A DNA stretch of 64,000 nt from Takakia lepidozioides. Taxonomy: Eukaryota; Plantae; Bryophyta. Shown piece by piece: positions 25,190-37,104 of the stretch. Position 1 is the stretch's first letter. Each line of letters opens with the position of its first letter. The notes under the pieces were generated by a model, which was not told where the DNA came from, did no database searches, and was given only the letters and a program-made list of their open reading frames with translations. The position numbers and the translations under genes were made by a program. The stretch covers positions 22,320,001 to 22,384,000 of the forward strand of contig CM060733.1 in assembly GCA_030704615.1 (NCBI GenBank), written 5' to 3'.

Positions 25190-27735
25190 GTGAAATCTCA
25201 TGTTCCATCCACACAATTGGCAGCCTTGAGGGAGGAGCTCAAGCAAGAATTTGAGGCAAGAATTGCCACAGAGTGTGCCAATAAGGTGGATGTGGAGGCC
25301 AACCTTAAGTTGCAGAAAGAGTTGGAGGACACGAAGGACTGCCCTGCAGCTAGCAAAGGGGAATCTGATTGAAGCGGGTCTGGAGCAGGAGAAGTTGCAT
25401 GAAGTACATAAGCAACGGCTATACCAGTTGTAGGTGAAGCATGAGGGAAAATTGCAGGAAGTGAAGGTGCTTCATACAGAGTTGGAGGCAGTTCATCACA
25501 AAATGACCATCCAATGTGCCACACTAACAATTACTCTGGAGCAAACTGCAATAGAAGTTAACAAACAAGCAGAGAGGTGTATGATGGTGGAGGCTGAGAC
25601 AGTGGAGCAAGGGAAACTCATTGCTGACTTGAAAGCTACTATCGGTTGCAATGAGGATACCTTCCAACAGTACAGTCAGGTTGAGGCTGAGAATGACAGG
25701 TACATCCTTGAGTAGCAGCAAACACTCATGGCACAAAAGAATGAGCTTTCTGTGGCTAACAAGGCTTGGAAGGAAGCCAATAATATATCTGCTGCCTATG
25801 CAGCTCTGGTTGAACCTCATGCGAAGCACTTGGAGGGTTTGCAGCAGCAGTTGCAAACATATAGACTCAAGGAGGAGCAGGGTCTCAGGGGTGCTACACA
25901 TGACTTGGTGAATAATCATCTTATGCAAGTGTGGTTAACACAAGGGCCGGTAGAAGGGAAGACACCAAGGAAGCTCACCCAGAAGGAGATGAATGATCTC
26001 AGGCTGCAGGTGTAGAACATTGCCACAACCACTATAGACAATGTCTATAGTAGAATAGCTGAATTGCAGGATGATGTAGAAGGGCTGCAGACTCAAGTGG
26101 ATGATTTGAGCTCCAACATTGACAAAAGAGCCTTTGTTCCTGAGGAACAGCTGGTGGCTGCTTATTTACATGCGTGGACTCTGATTTTCTAGTCTTCATC
26201 ACAGGAGGTGCAGGACTTGCCAACAATAGGAGGGACAATGGCGGCAATATCACAGCCACCACAGCAAGTCGACACTGTTGATACCATGACAATGCAACAA
26301 TCTGAGGTTTGGGGGGATGCTGCTTTTAACCCACCTAAGACTCCTGCTGCACTTGAGTACAATCAGGCTATGATTATGCCCTTCAACCAAATTCCCATTG
26401 TGATGGATTTGGCTTGGAAGGAATTCAGTCCTCCACAGTCTTTGGCACATTATTACCAGATCATGCGCATTTGGTTGCCAGTGGCAACTCGGACTAAGGT
26501 TCTTCCGAACAACCGCCCCATTGAGGATCACCATTTTGCAAGGTACTGGTCTGAGGCAGGCACCATGCTGAAGGAATTAATTGCCTTCCAGGTTGTTCAT
26601 GGGTACATCTACACCAAGACCAAGGATGTATCTAGTTTGATCATGGGTTGTGGATTATACTATGCTGCTTGTTTCATTGCACGTTATCACATTGAGCAGC
26701 AGAAGATGCAGTCAAGATTTCTGAGTTATTCCACTGGGGATCATTAGGTCTTACCTTCAGTTCCACCCCATATGTATCTGTATGATGTGAAAGTCATGTT
26801 GCAGAAGGATTCCCAACTTTGTTCATGGTTTAATTTGGCTTGGAACAACTTGGCCAAAGAAAAATTGGGCCTTGACGATATTTTTTATAAGGGACATGAA
26901 GCCTGGAAATACTTACACTGTTCCAAGGTCATTGGCACACTTCTCACCTATACGGACAAGGAACTTAGGGAGTACACTAATTTTGCTCGCAAGCGACTGA
27001 TGCAAGTAGTACAATTTAAGCTTCCAGACATGGTGGGCCAAACACTATATGCCACGCAGGATTCTTGAGAAGCCACTTAAGGTTCGGGCAACGAAAGGCC
27101 ACAGGGGGGAAGATGATTCTGATACAACTGGTTCTATGGAAGAAACTTTTGACATGGCTGAGGACTATGCACTACAGATGGCAGAGAAGAAACGACGGGG
27201 ATCTCCTATGCCTGAGAGGTTACCTCGTTATCAAGCAAAGGAGGGTTAGACATTTCCATTTGGTGATCAGTCATCTCCATCAGCCAGTGACAGAGCTCGG
27301 GCTCGCACACAGAGCCCTCCAAGGGACTCTCACCGACATATGGGTGCTCGCTCACAAAGGTTTGCTGATCCTAAACAGTAAACCATGAGGACACGGCTTT
27401 TTGAGAGGGGGAGGGGTAATGTTAGAGGGTTGTCTGGGACTTAGACAGTTTTACGGGTTCTATGGGGTACCCTTAATTTTTGCGCAGACTTACGGATGGT
27501 AGACTTAGACCAACAGAGGCCTTAGGGGTGATAGGCACAGGCTTTAGGGGTGGTAGACAGGCTTACACACTCAGTCACAACCTTATACAGTCGTACACAA
27601 CCTATCACAGTCTATCACAGCCCGACACAGCTTGTCACAGCCCGTCACAACGTACATATGGAACGGTTATCATTGGCAGGGAACGACATCTGCAGAGGGA
27701 ACGTGCCAGTTAGATAGTTAGGCGGTTAGGGGTCT
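25190..27735 (+). mobile_element. Family B copy B3, forward part: coiled-coil accessory ORF with stops, PPT and truncated 3' LTR (27420-~27735)
   Basis: Homologous to the B1/B2 accessory ORF. GAGAGGGGGAGGGG is followed by TGTTAGAGGG. Confidence 0.88.
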
Positions 27736-28495
27736 GTATTTTCTATGAGCAATGAGCACATTTAAGCATGAGTAGATGCAAAATTAAACACGAGCAGAGC
27801 ATATATTAGGGAATATTCCCCAATTTCCAGTCCCGCTGTGGATGCATTTCTGCAATTTTTACAGTTAAAATATCCAAGATGTCCCCGGATCAGAGGATAT
27901 TGGAGGTAGGTTCGGGGGTTGTCCTGCATCTGCAAATCGGTGTCGACTTCCACAGTATTGTGGTCTTCCAAAAAGGTGAGGGGGCTACCACGGAAATAGG
28001 TCTTCCTTCTATAACTGCGGTGAAATTTGACCATTTCATGATGACAGACTGTCCATTTCCCATAAGTCGGCACAGACTTGTGGGGCCCATTTGATGCTTG
28101 TAATCTTTAAATGAAAGTTTAATATGTATGTATTTAATGTTATGAGTTTTTTTTATTTTTCACAAGTTCCAGTTGAGAAGTTGGCACAGACTTGTCCGAT
28201 GCCACACTGGTTTGTACTAAAAGTCTGCACTGACTTGCCGTTTCCTATCCCACCATGGAATGCGCTCGGCATGACTACTGGGCTTCAAACACACCACCTC
28301 GGTCAACTTCACAACATAGGAAAATACACAAAAATGTTATGGTCTTGCAATTCTTGAACAAGGATAAATGACAAACTGGAAGAACACTCGCAAAAAATCA
28401 GAGACCGCTCATCGGTAAGTCGGCACAGACTTGCAGAATAGTAGAGGACCCTTCCCGGCCAGTGGCAATAGACGTATGGAATGGAATTTGTTGGC

Positions 28496-28930
28496 TTACA
28501 AAAAAAGAACAGTGGAACGGAAAGCGGTGGATGCAGAACATAAGGCAGTATCGTAGGCAAATGCTCCGGCCTCGTTCATACTCAAAGTAGGATAATTAAT
28601 TAAGGGGCTGTCAGCACAACAGCGGAGACGCCGAAGAAAAATCCAATAAATGTGCTTGCAATGGGTGTACCCTTCCTTCTGATTGCGCATCTTCACAAAG
28701 TCGGGACATGTGCAGTCCGGGTAAATGCCAATTGAGACGTAATAAACCTGCCCGTTGGTCGCTGAGCCGGAAGTACTGATGGTGTAAACTCTTTCCATCC
28801 CCGGTCGAGGAACATCACACGGAAGCTCTGAACGATACCTCGCAACGACATCGCCAATCCGACCTTCGTCCTATTAAGAGCTGTCTGTTTTGTGCGGTTA
28901 TATTGCTTACCCCATCTGCATTTGGGGTAA
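28496..28930 (-). pseudogene. SWIM zinc-finger C-terminal segment of a MULE-type transposase
   Basis: YYVSIGIYPDCTCPDF...HCKHIYWIF matches the SWIM pattern CxC-xn-CxH. Confidence 0.8.
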
Positions 28931-29132
28931 CTCCGAAGTACATTGGAATGTGCCACAACCCAGTTTTTGCAAAACCGAAATTGCATGAGTTCTGGTTTTC
29001 CTCAAGACATTCAACAGTGTGTTCGTGGGGGAGTCCACCGAGATGCGAAGGACAGACCTGAGCCACCACAGGTATGGCCTATGATGGCAGGAACAGATTT
29101 GACTCAGAATGAAGTTAACTCATTGGATGCAG

Positions 29133-29595
29133 ATTGGAACACGACTTGAATACTGGAATGCTGGAAACTGGACTGGAGTACCAGATACTGGAAACTGGGC
29201 TAAAGTACTGGGAACTGGAAACAAGAGTAGCTTGAACTAGTGTTGGCGAGACTCAAGAGTGTCTAGTCTCGCCTCCTATATATACTGGCTACTAAGAAGC
29301 TTCCCTAAGAAGCTTCCCCCATGGAGCTTTCTTGCTGGAAAAGTTTCCAAGATTAAACAAAGGTTTCTTGATGGAGAAGCTTCCTTAAACAAATGAGATA
29401 TCTTGATGGAGAAGTTTCCTCCAAAGGAAGCTTCCTGAGCAGTTTCCCAAGTTACTCTTGATAATTTGGTAAACTCCCGGTAACTTGGTAAGTAATGGTA
29501 AATCATGGTAAAACATGGTAACTTCCGATAACATGGTAACTTGGTAACTTCTGGTATTTACTCCTGGTAAGTTCCTCTGGGCTATGTCCGTGACA
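29133..29595 (-). repeat. LTR-like sequence of another family, inserted in the B4 RT
   Basis: Starts TGTCACGGAC on the minus strand exactly where the RT frame (QKVGE) breaks. Has short internal repeats (GGTAAC, CTGGAA, GAAGCTTCC) and a TATA-like motif. Left end uncertain. Confidence 0.6.
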
Positions 29596-29788
29596 CTCCC
29601 CAACCTTCTGTGCATAGTTGGGATTCATCATGTATCTTGCCTGTTTGATTGGTACAGAACCTGGTTCCAACTCAATCTTGTGATGGCATATTTCAGGGGG
29701 TATCCCCTTCAGGTCTTTATAACTCCAGGAAAATACATCTTTGTATTTGATAAATAGGCTCTTAGCTTCCTCAAAGAATTCAGGCTCC
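29596..29788 (-). pseudogene. Family B RT N-terminal fragment (continuation of B4)
   Basis: LEPEFFEEAKSLFIKYKDVFSWSY...QKVGE matches 18940-19131. Confidence 0.9.
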
Positions 29789-30594
29789 AGAAGAGTAGAT
29801 GGGGACATTGTGTACGAGATGCCGCCGACAGAAAACACCAGCGGGCCAGCTGGAAGGCATGGACCGCAAATATGACGAAAACCCATGGACTATAACAAAA
29901 ACTACAAATCTGAAATTGCCGTTGCTAGAGAGGAAAGACACGGCAGTCAGGTTTGTTGCTCTGTCTCATCCTTCCTGAAGTCTGTGGCGATTTCTCTTGT
30001 GTATCTTCGAATGAATTCATGTATTATGATAATGCTCTGCAATTTCAGAATGTGCGACCTTCTTGGAGAAGTCGGCACCGATTTCTCGTGTGTACATTGG
30101 TATCTTGCGGCACTTTGAGATTTTTCTGCAATATCAAGAGCCTTGTGTCGGAAGACACACCATCTCAAATGAATATGTCGGAGAGCATCAATGAGCAGAT
30201 GGTCCGAGCAAGAAAGAGACCACCGCATTTTAGAGGATTCATGGCGGACAATGCGAATGCAAACTGGGCGGCGGTTCGAAATGTTTATGGTGGCGGGAAC
30301 CCTATGCCAGGTAGGGAGAGAACTTGCGGATTTCATTGGGGACAGAGTCTTCAGAGGCATACCAAGGACCTCATTCGGCCAAACTTTCAATCGGCACACA
30401 TTAAATTGTGTGGACAATGGAGGTCGGCCGCCACAGCAACAGAAGCTGAGATATCATTCATGTTAATCAGATCATGGTGGATATCATCGGGAGCGGCAAC
30501 CGAAGAAGATATTCCCACCCTAGATAGTTGGCTTTCGTGGTGGACATACCGGTATGCCCAGCTCGGGTCATTCGTGAGGGAGGTAAGAATGTAG
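29789..30594 (+). pseudogene. MULE-type transposase fragment (start of GCM-like region, internal deletion, part of DDE core)
   Basis: VDGDIVYEMPP..GMDRKYDENPW is paralogous to 38915-39030. FRGFMADNANAN...RERTCGFHW gives a catalytic D plus the CxxH signature of Mutator-like transposases. Confidence 0.72.
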
Positions 30595-30980
30595 GTGCCA
30601 AAGTCACCACTACTATATCCATTGCTTTTGCGGTTGCTAACGTGAGCAGATGATGGGTGGACTGTCACCGCCAGAATCGGTGCTCGGGGAGTCTGTGCCG
30701 ACTTCCTACCTCCGGCATCATGCATGCCTTCTGCATGATAGGGAAGTCTGCACCGACTTCGCATTGGCTATTTTGACAGTGTGTCCAGCCACCTCTTTAA
30801 GTCTGCACCAACTTCCCATGGCAATGTTCCGGGAGTGCAGATAGGGAAGTCTGTGCCGACTCACCACTGTGCTATTACTATATTGTTCCCCGAACCCAAT
30901 GCAACTCTGTGCAGCCTTCTCGTCCTTCTCTGTCACATGGAAGTCTGTGCCGACTTGTCAGTGGGGTGCCACTGTGCCCC

Positions 30981-33900
30981 GGAGCGGTCATAGATGGCCG
31001 CAAGAGAGTAGTCACGCTGCCATGTGGGAATGGTGGCGAGGTCTTATGAGTGACGGAAACGCCCAAACCCGTGGGAGGGCGAATAAACCTTCTGTCAGCA
31101 AGGGAGTGGGCCGTGGAGGAGGCACACGAGCCCCAGTTCTTGCTCTACATTAGAGAAGTGAAGGGAGAAGGCGATGGGGAGCCGAGCCTAGATTGGATCA
31201 AGGGGATTTTGGAGAAATACCAGGATGTGATGCCGGAGGATTTACCAAGCGGCTTGCCACCGCGAAAAGGAGTTGACCACAACATTGAGGTGATACCAGG
31301 ATCGGAACCGCCTCCCAAGGCGCCCTACCGGTTGAGCCACAGAGAGTTGGTCGAGCTGAAGACTCAGCTCAAAGATCTAATGTCAAAGGGGTACATCCGG
31401 CCGAGTAAGTCACCTTACGGAGCCCCGGTGCTATTCGCAGACAAGAAGGATGGGACGCTGCGGATGTGTGTCGATTACAGGGCTTTGAATAAGGTGACTA
31501 TAAAAAACCGGTACCCTTTGCCAAGGATCGACGACCTTTTTGATCGGTTGGCAGGAGCGAAGTATTTCAGCCGGATCGATCTGCGCTCCGGCTATCATCA
31601 AATTCGAGTGGCGGAAGGAGATGAGGAGAAGACCGCGTGCAAGACAAGGTATGGTTCATATGAGTTCTTGGTGATGCCTTTTGGACTCACCAATGCTCCC
31701 GCGACCTTTAGCACGATGATGAACAGCCTTTTCCAGGAGTGGTTGGATGACTTTGTGATCGTGTACATCGACGACATCTCGGTGTATTCGAAAACAAAAG
31801 AGGAGCACTTGGAGCACCTCAAAAGGGTGTTCCAGAAATTGCGGGAAGGGAAGCTGTATGCCAAAGCTTCAAAGTGCGAATTTGGGGTCACAAAAGTGGA
31901 GTTCCTGGGGCATGTGATTACACAGGATGGGATCAGAATGGATGACAGGAAGGTGAGGGCAATCTTGGACTGGGAGCCTCCGACTTCGGTCCCGGGAGTG
32001 CGATCCTTCCTAGGACTCGCCTCCTATTACCGGAAGTATGTGAGAAATTTCGCCAAGATCGTGGGGCTGCTGTCATACCTTCTGTGTACATCCAAAGTCT
32101 GGGCATTGAACACCTTTTGTGGCCAAGCTTTTGCTGAATTGAAGCAGCGGATGGCGGAAGCTCCAGTCTTGAAAATCCCAGAGTTTGATCGTCCGTTTGA
32201 GATTCATACGGATGCGTCAGACTTCGCGATTGGGGGTGTACTGATGCAAGATGGACGTCCAGTGGCTTACGAAAGTAAGAAACTGAATGAAGTGGAGCAA
32301 CGGTGGCCGACGCACGAGAAAGAGATGAAGGCGGTGGTGCACTGTCTTGAGCTTTGGCGCCACTATGTTGGTTCCAACCTAGTGAAGGTGTTCACGAACA
32401 TTGTCACGGTGAAGTATTTTGCCACGCAGCCCAAGTTGTCCCCAAAACAACTTAGGTGGCAAGATACTTTGGCGGTGTTCGACGTGGATATCCAGTACAA
32501 ACCGGGACGGGACAACGTGGTGGCCGATGTTTTAAGTAGAAAGCAGCAGCTAATGTTGGTGTACAGGGGCGAGACGGCGCTCCAACGGAAGATCCGGAAT
32601 GCTTGCCGGAAGGCTGAGCTGGCGAAGTCCGTGATGCAGGACTTGAGGATGGGGGTTAAATCGCAGTTCCACTTGCAAAATGGACTGCTCCGGTATAAGC
32701 AAAAGTGTCTCTACGTGCCGAAGGGAGGGATCAGAGATAGCCTCTTGAGAGAATGTCATGATAGCCCGCTTGCGGGCCACGGCGGAGCCAAGCGCACTGC
32801 AGCACTCTTGAAGAAAGAGTATTTCTGGCCCAAACTGAGGGAGGAGGCAGAGGAGTATGTCAAGACATGCACCACATGCCAACAAAACCGGAGCGAGTAC
32901 AAAAAGCAAGCGGGGCTGTTACAACCCTTGCCGATTCCAGAGGGGACTTGGGAAAGCGTCTCGATGGATTTCATGACTGCTATGCCGCTGTCAAAAGGAT
33001 TCGATGCAATCATGGTGGTGGTGGATAGGTTCAGTAAAATGGGCCATTTCATCCCCACCAATGAGATGGCAACGGTGCAGGAAACAGGGCGACTTTACTT
33101 CGCCCACGTCTTAAAGCATCATGGAGTCCCGAAGGATATTGTCTCGGACCGCGATCCAAAGTTTACGAGTAAATTTTGGAGGGCACTTTGGAAGAAGATG
33201 GGGACGAGGCTGAAGATGAGCACCGCCTTCCGACCTACGACCGACGGCCAAATGGAAAGAGTGAATTCCGTAGTGAAGCAGATCTTGCGGAATTACGTGT
33301 CGGCAGACCAAACAGACTGGGTGGAACACTTAGACACGGCAGAATTCTGTTATAATAACACAGAACACTCCGCAATGGGAGTTTCCCCTTTCGTATTGGT
33401 CTATGGAAAAGCACCTCTGGTGCCGACAAGTTGGGCCGCCCAGGACGTTGAGGAACCGGCAGTAGCGGCTGTACTGGAAAAACGCGAGCGTTTGTTGAAG
33501 CTCGCAAAGTACAACATTGCTAAAGCTAGGAAACGGTATGAAAGGCAGGCGAATCGGAAGCGGAGGGAAGTGAAGTTTGAGGCAGGCACGGAGGTCTGGT
33601 TGAACATCAAGAATTTCCGACTACCTCCGGAAGTGAGTCCAAAGTTCGTACCTCCGTATGCAAGACCCTTTCGCATCCGGAAGGTTATGAATGAGGATGT
33701 GTATGAATTGGAGCTGCCGGCAAACAGCAAGGTGCATCCAGTATTCCACGTCTCCCTTTTGAAGCCTTACTTCAAAGATGAAGTGCGTCCGAATCGGCAT
33801 CAAGTGTTGCGTCCGCCACTTGTGCTGTTGGATCATGAAAATGAACCTGAGTATGAGGTGGAGGCAGTACTTAAGTCGAGGAGGTTCAAGAACCGAGAAA

Positions 33901-34062
33901 CGGAGTATCTCGTGAAATGAAAGGGCTATCATCATGTGGAGGCATCTTGGGTGCGTGCCTCAGAAATGGGAAACGCATCCGAGGCGGTTGCAACTTTCGA
34001 ATGGCGACCTCAAAAGCGGAAGAAGCGCTGATGGGGACATCAACCTTAGAGCGTGGGGGAGG
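30981..34062 (+). mobile_element. 5'-truncated chromovirus (Ty3/gypsy): protease tail-RT-RH-INT-chromodomain, then PPT
   Basis: 956-aa ORF 31050-33920 with YIDD, TDAS, H2C2 and SMDF/SDRD. Chromodomain EYEVEAVL...YLVK*KGY...SW has a Trp-to-TGA change. PPT GGGGGAGGA at ~34055-34063. Confidence 0.95.
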
Positions 34063-34269
34063 AAATGCATGCTTAGCCCGGCTTAGCTAGCTCAGGAATC
34101 CAATTGCAAAAACTTGTATTGTACAAAAATATGTTATAAAGGAAATGGGTTCCAAATGTTGTGCGTCCTATTTTGTTTGGAATGGTGATGCATGGTGTGG
34201 TTGGCTAGTGTGTAGAATACATGCTAGCTTACAAAAGTGGGAGAGGTAAATTGGGAGGTTTACTATTTC

Positions 34270-34317
34270 ATGAGCGCATGAGCCCATGAGCCTATGAGCC
34301 TATGAGCTCATGAGCGG
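34270..34317. repeat. Six 8-bp tandem units ATGAGCNN
   Basis: atgagcgc atgagccc atgagcct atgagcct atgagctc atgagcgg. Confidence 0.85.
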
Positions 34318-34417
34318 GCATCCGCGGAATTGGAATTTTCCTGCCTTTATTGACGGTGTTATGTCCTCTTACCTCGGTAATAGGGTCTGTTTCTCCTGGT
34401 CCAGGATGCGGAATGAG

Positions 34418-34700
34418 GAATTTCGGCGCCGTTATTCCCAAGAGCAGTGTGCTAAAATGGTGTTTTGAAGACATCCACCGGGGTATTTCGGCACCGAAAT
34501 TACCTCTTAAAATGTGATATAGTGCGGTATTTAAAGGCGCAGAACGGGCTATTTCGGCGCCGAAATACCCAAGTGGAATGTGGTGAAGTGCCTTGTGCTG
34601 AAGGCTTCCATTGCGATATTTTGGTGCAGTAATTCATCCGTGGAATTTTTGAGGCCCATATAACGAAGGCGCAAATTGGGCTATTTCGGCGCCAAATTTC
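34418..34700. repeat. Array of five palindromic ATTTCGGCGCCGAAAT-type sites, ~65-bp spacing
   Basis: Cores start at 34424, 34489, 34555, 34622 and 34687. Confidence 0.85.
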
Positions 34701-35322
34701 CCAATAGGAATGTTAGAAACGGCAGGGTTTTCATGGCTTCAAGTTCCCGGCTCGATGGTGTGCATAAATTACTTGTAGGGTTCTTCACTGAAGTTTGTGT
34801 CTCTTCTGCTTTTATTATAGATTTTGGTTGGCGGAAGAAATGTAGGGAATGGACAAGCAGTCTGAACACAATGATTTTTCAAATCGTCAATATTTTCATT
34901 AAGTGTTTCAGAACTGTACAACAAAAGGATCCAAATGAGACTTTGCTATGGTGAGGATCCGCTATCACTGTCCGATGCATCCCCGCCCTCATGCAAGGAT
35001 GGCTGCCTTCCACCTGCCTCCGAACCTGCACTGCCGCTACCGCTGTTACTCTGAGAAGCCCTCCCTCAAAAATACCATCCTCACCAGCCGGAACTGTCCA
35101 CCTGGGTGCGGAAGTGTCCTCAACATTCCCCTCGCTCTCGGACGCGGATTCTATTACGAACTTCCCTACTCTGCCTTTCACAATTCTATGTTTGGCCTCA
35201 CGCCTCATTATAATTCTCTGCTCATTCCCGTATGTCAATTGCTCTAACCGAGTAGGCCTATCCTCCCTCCTGATGGCTTCTTTGGCAGCCGTGTCTGCAT
35301 AGGCTGGTAGAAAAAAGGGCTT

Positions 35323-37065
35323 CTAGGGACTCGCGAGAAACGATTTTTTGGCAAAGAATGGCCGATGCGATTCTGTCTCCTCCTCTACAACAGGGTCCGA
35401 TTCGGGCAAGTCTCCCAGCTTCTCCTCGTCGGACGACTCTGCAAGGCTGAGTGTACGCACAAACATAGAATGAAGTACATTAGAGAATTCAAACAGGGAA
35501 TCATCGGCAGGTTGCATGGTCCCTACAACCGAAACCAATACACTTACTATGGTGCAACTCACTCGAAGACAGGCATTGGGGGAAGCGGCTTCGAGCGCCC
35601 CTGCATCGAACGAATTTCCCGGACTTCCTCCTCTTCATCTTCCTCCTCTCCTTCCACGTCCTCTTCTGCGTTTTTGGGATCCTCAGTCGGAGGCAGACGT
35701 TGAAGGCCCGCCAAATTGTAATCGTACAAGGCCGTATCCCCCTCAAATGAGAACACAAATTGGTTCGACATCCTTCCCGCCCACATACAGGCACCTGCGA
35801 ATTCATACGACACAACCACAGCCAAACTCAAGAATGAGTCGCTTCCTCGCACAAGCAAACATACAGAAACAGAAATGGTGTCAATTTCGGTGCCGCATTC
35901 AATTAACGTTCTCACCTGTATTTGCAGTGACGTCAAGGACCCTGCCTTCAACATCCGTACACGTTTCCATGAGTGTCTGGATGAATGCAGGACTCCTGGT
36001 CCTGCCATACCTCCATGGCTTGCCCGACAAATCACAAAGAATGTCCTTCTCTCCCACATGGTTGAACAGGACGTTATACTCCAGTGGATCAACTGTGGAA
36101 TCAACAAGTCTTCCTGCTTCACGTAATTTGAATTTCGAATGTTCCTTCACGAAGCAAAATGCCTGAAAGATATGAGTCTGCAGAGAAGGAAATGAAAACG
36201 TCAGAGGTGGCCTACACGTACAGGGGCAATTTCGGCGCAGAAATTGACATAGCAGAGGAGAACCACAACATACCTTCTGGCCATCGTTGAGAAGACCCTG
36301 CGTGTTGATGCAAGTCCAGATCTTTTTCAGGATAGGTGCTGCACTTCTCCCTGTCCATACTTTGATATCATTCTCAGTGACTTCTCCATCGGCTGCTAGC
36401 ACAACAACACAGCCAACGTCGTCCAACATGTTGGCTGCGAACCCGAATGTGTGGCTCCAGTATCTTTCGTCGTACTTGTTCCACCAGGGAACTGAGCCCA
36501 GCCCCAGTATCTCCTGTCCATCCGGGATATCCACAAGGATCATGTCGATGGAGACTTTCACCGCCCTGCCCCCGACTGTGCTCTTTTTGCCGTGGCTCAT
36601 CGCCACAAAATACTCCATCATCTTTGTGTAGCCAGGAGTGTCCTCCATATCATTGCCAGTGGCCTTCCTCTTCCCCTGGTGGGCCTCGATCGCCTTCCTC
36701 AATCTCGTTATCTCCAGCCTTCTGGTCAGAGCAGTTATGAAATTTTCATTAACACACTCCACAATTGTGGGTGTTTTGAGGACTTCCCTGCCCGCAATGT
36801 GCACCGCACGGTAGGGTCTGCCAGGTGCATCCTCGTATAGTGATCTCTTCGCAGCCGACCCCCCGGAGCGCTGGCCCTTGTGAATTTTCGGACGAGGTGT
36901 GGCCCCCTGGGTGTTTTCCTGCTGGAAATCGTCGTCGAAATCCTCCTCATCTGGCTGACTGTGTTGCTGCTTCTTCTTCTTGGGTGTGGGGGTCTTCGTC
37001 TCTTGCCCCTGTTTGCGCGTTCTTTTCTTCCTGTCCTTGGGCTGCTCAGCTGCCTGCTTCTCCAA
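35323..37065 (-). CDS. Spliced beta-class DNA amino-methyltransferase (N4C/N6A)-like gene, 3' exons
   Basis: Exons ~37065-36274, 36177-35916 and 35794-~35563, plus a probable further exon from ~35446, with GT-AG boundaries in phase. Motif IV-like IDMILVDIPDG precedes RTRSPAFIQTLMETCTDVEGRVLDVTANTG|ACMWAGRMSNQFVFSFEGD (motifs X-I-II). Confidence 0.72.
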
Positions 37066-37104
37066 TTCTCATCCAAAAAAAAAAAGTAAGTGCCGGGTTT
37101 GGAC

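Noticed and set aside
31598-33935. Minus-strand ORFs over the chromovirus pol (and similar shadow ORFs over other genes)
   Set aside because: Antisense shadows of real coding frames.
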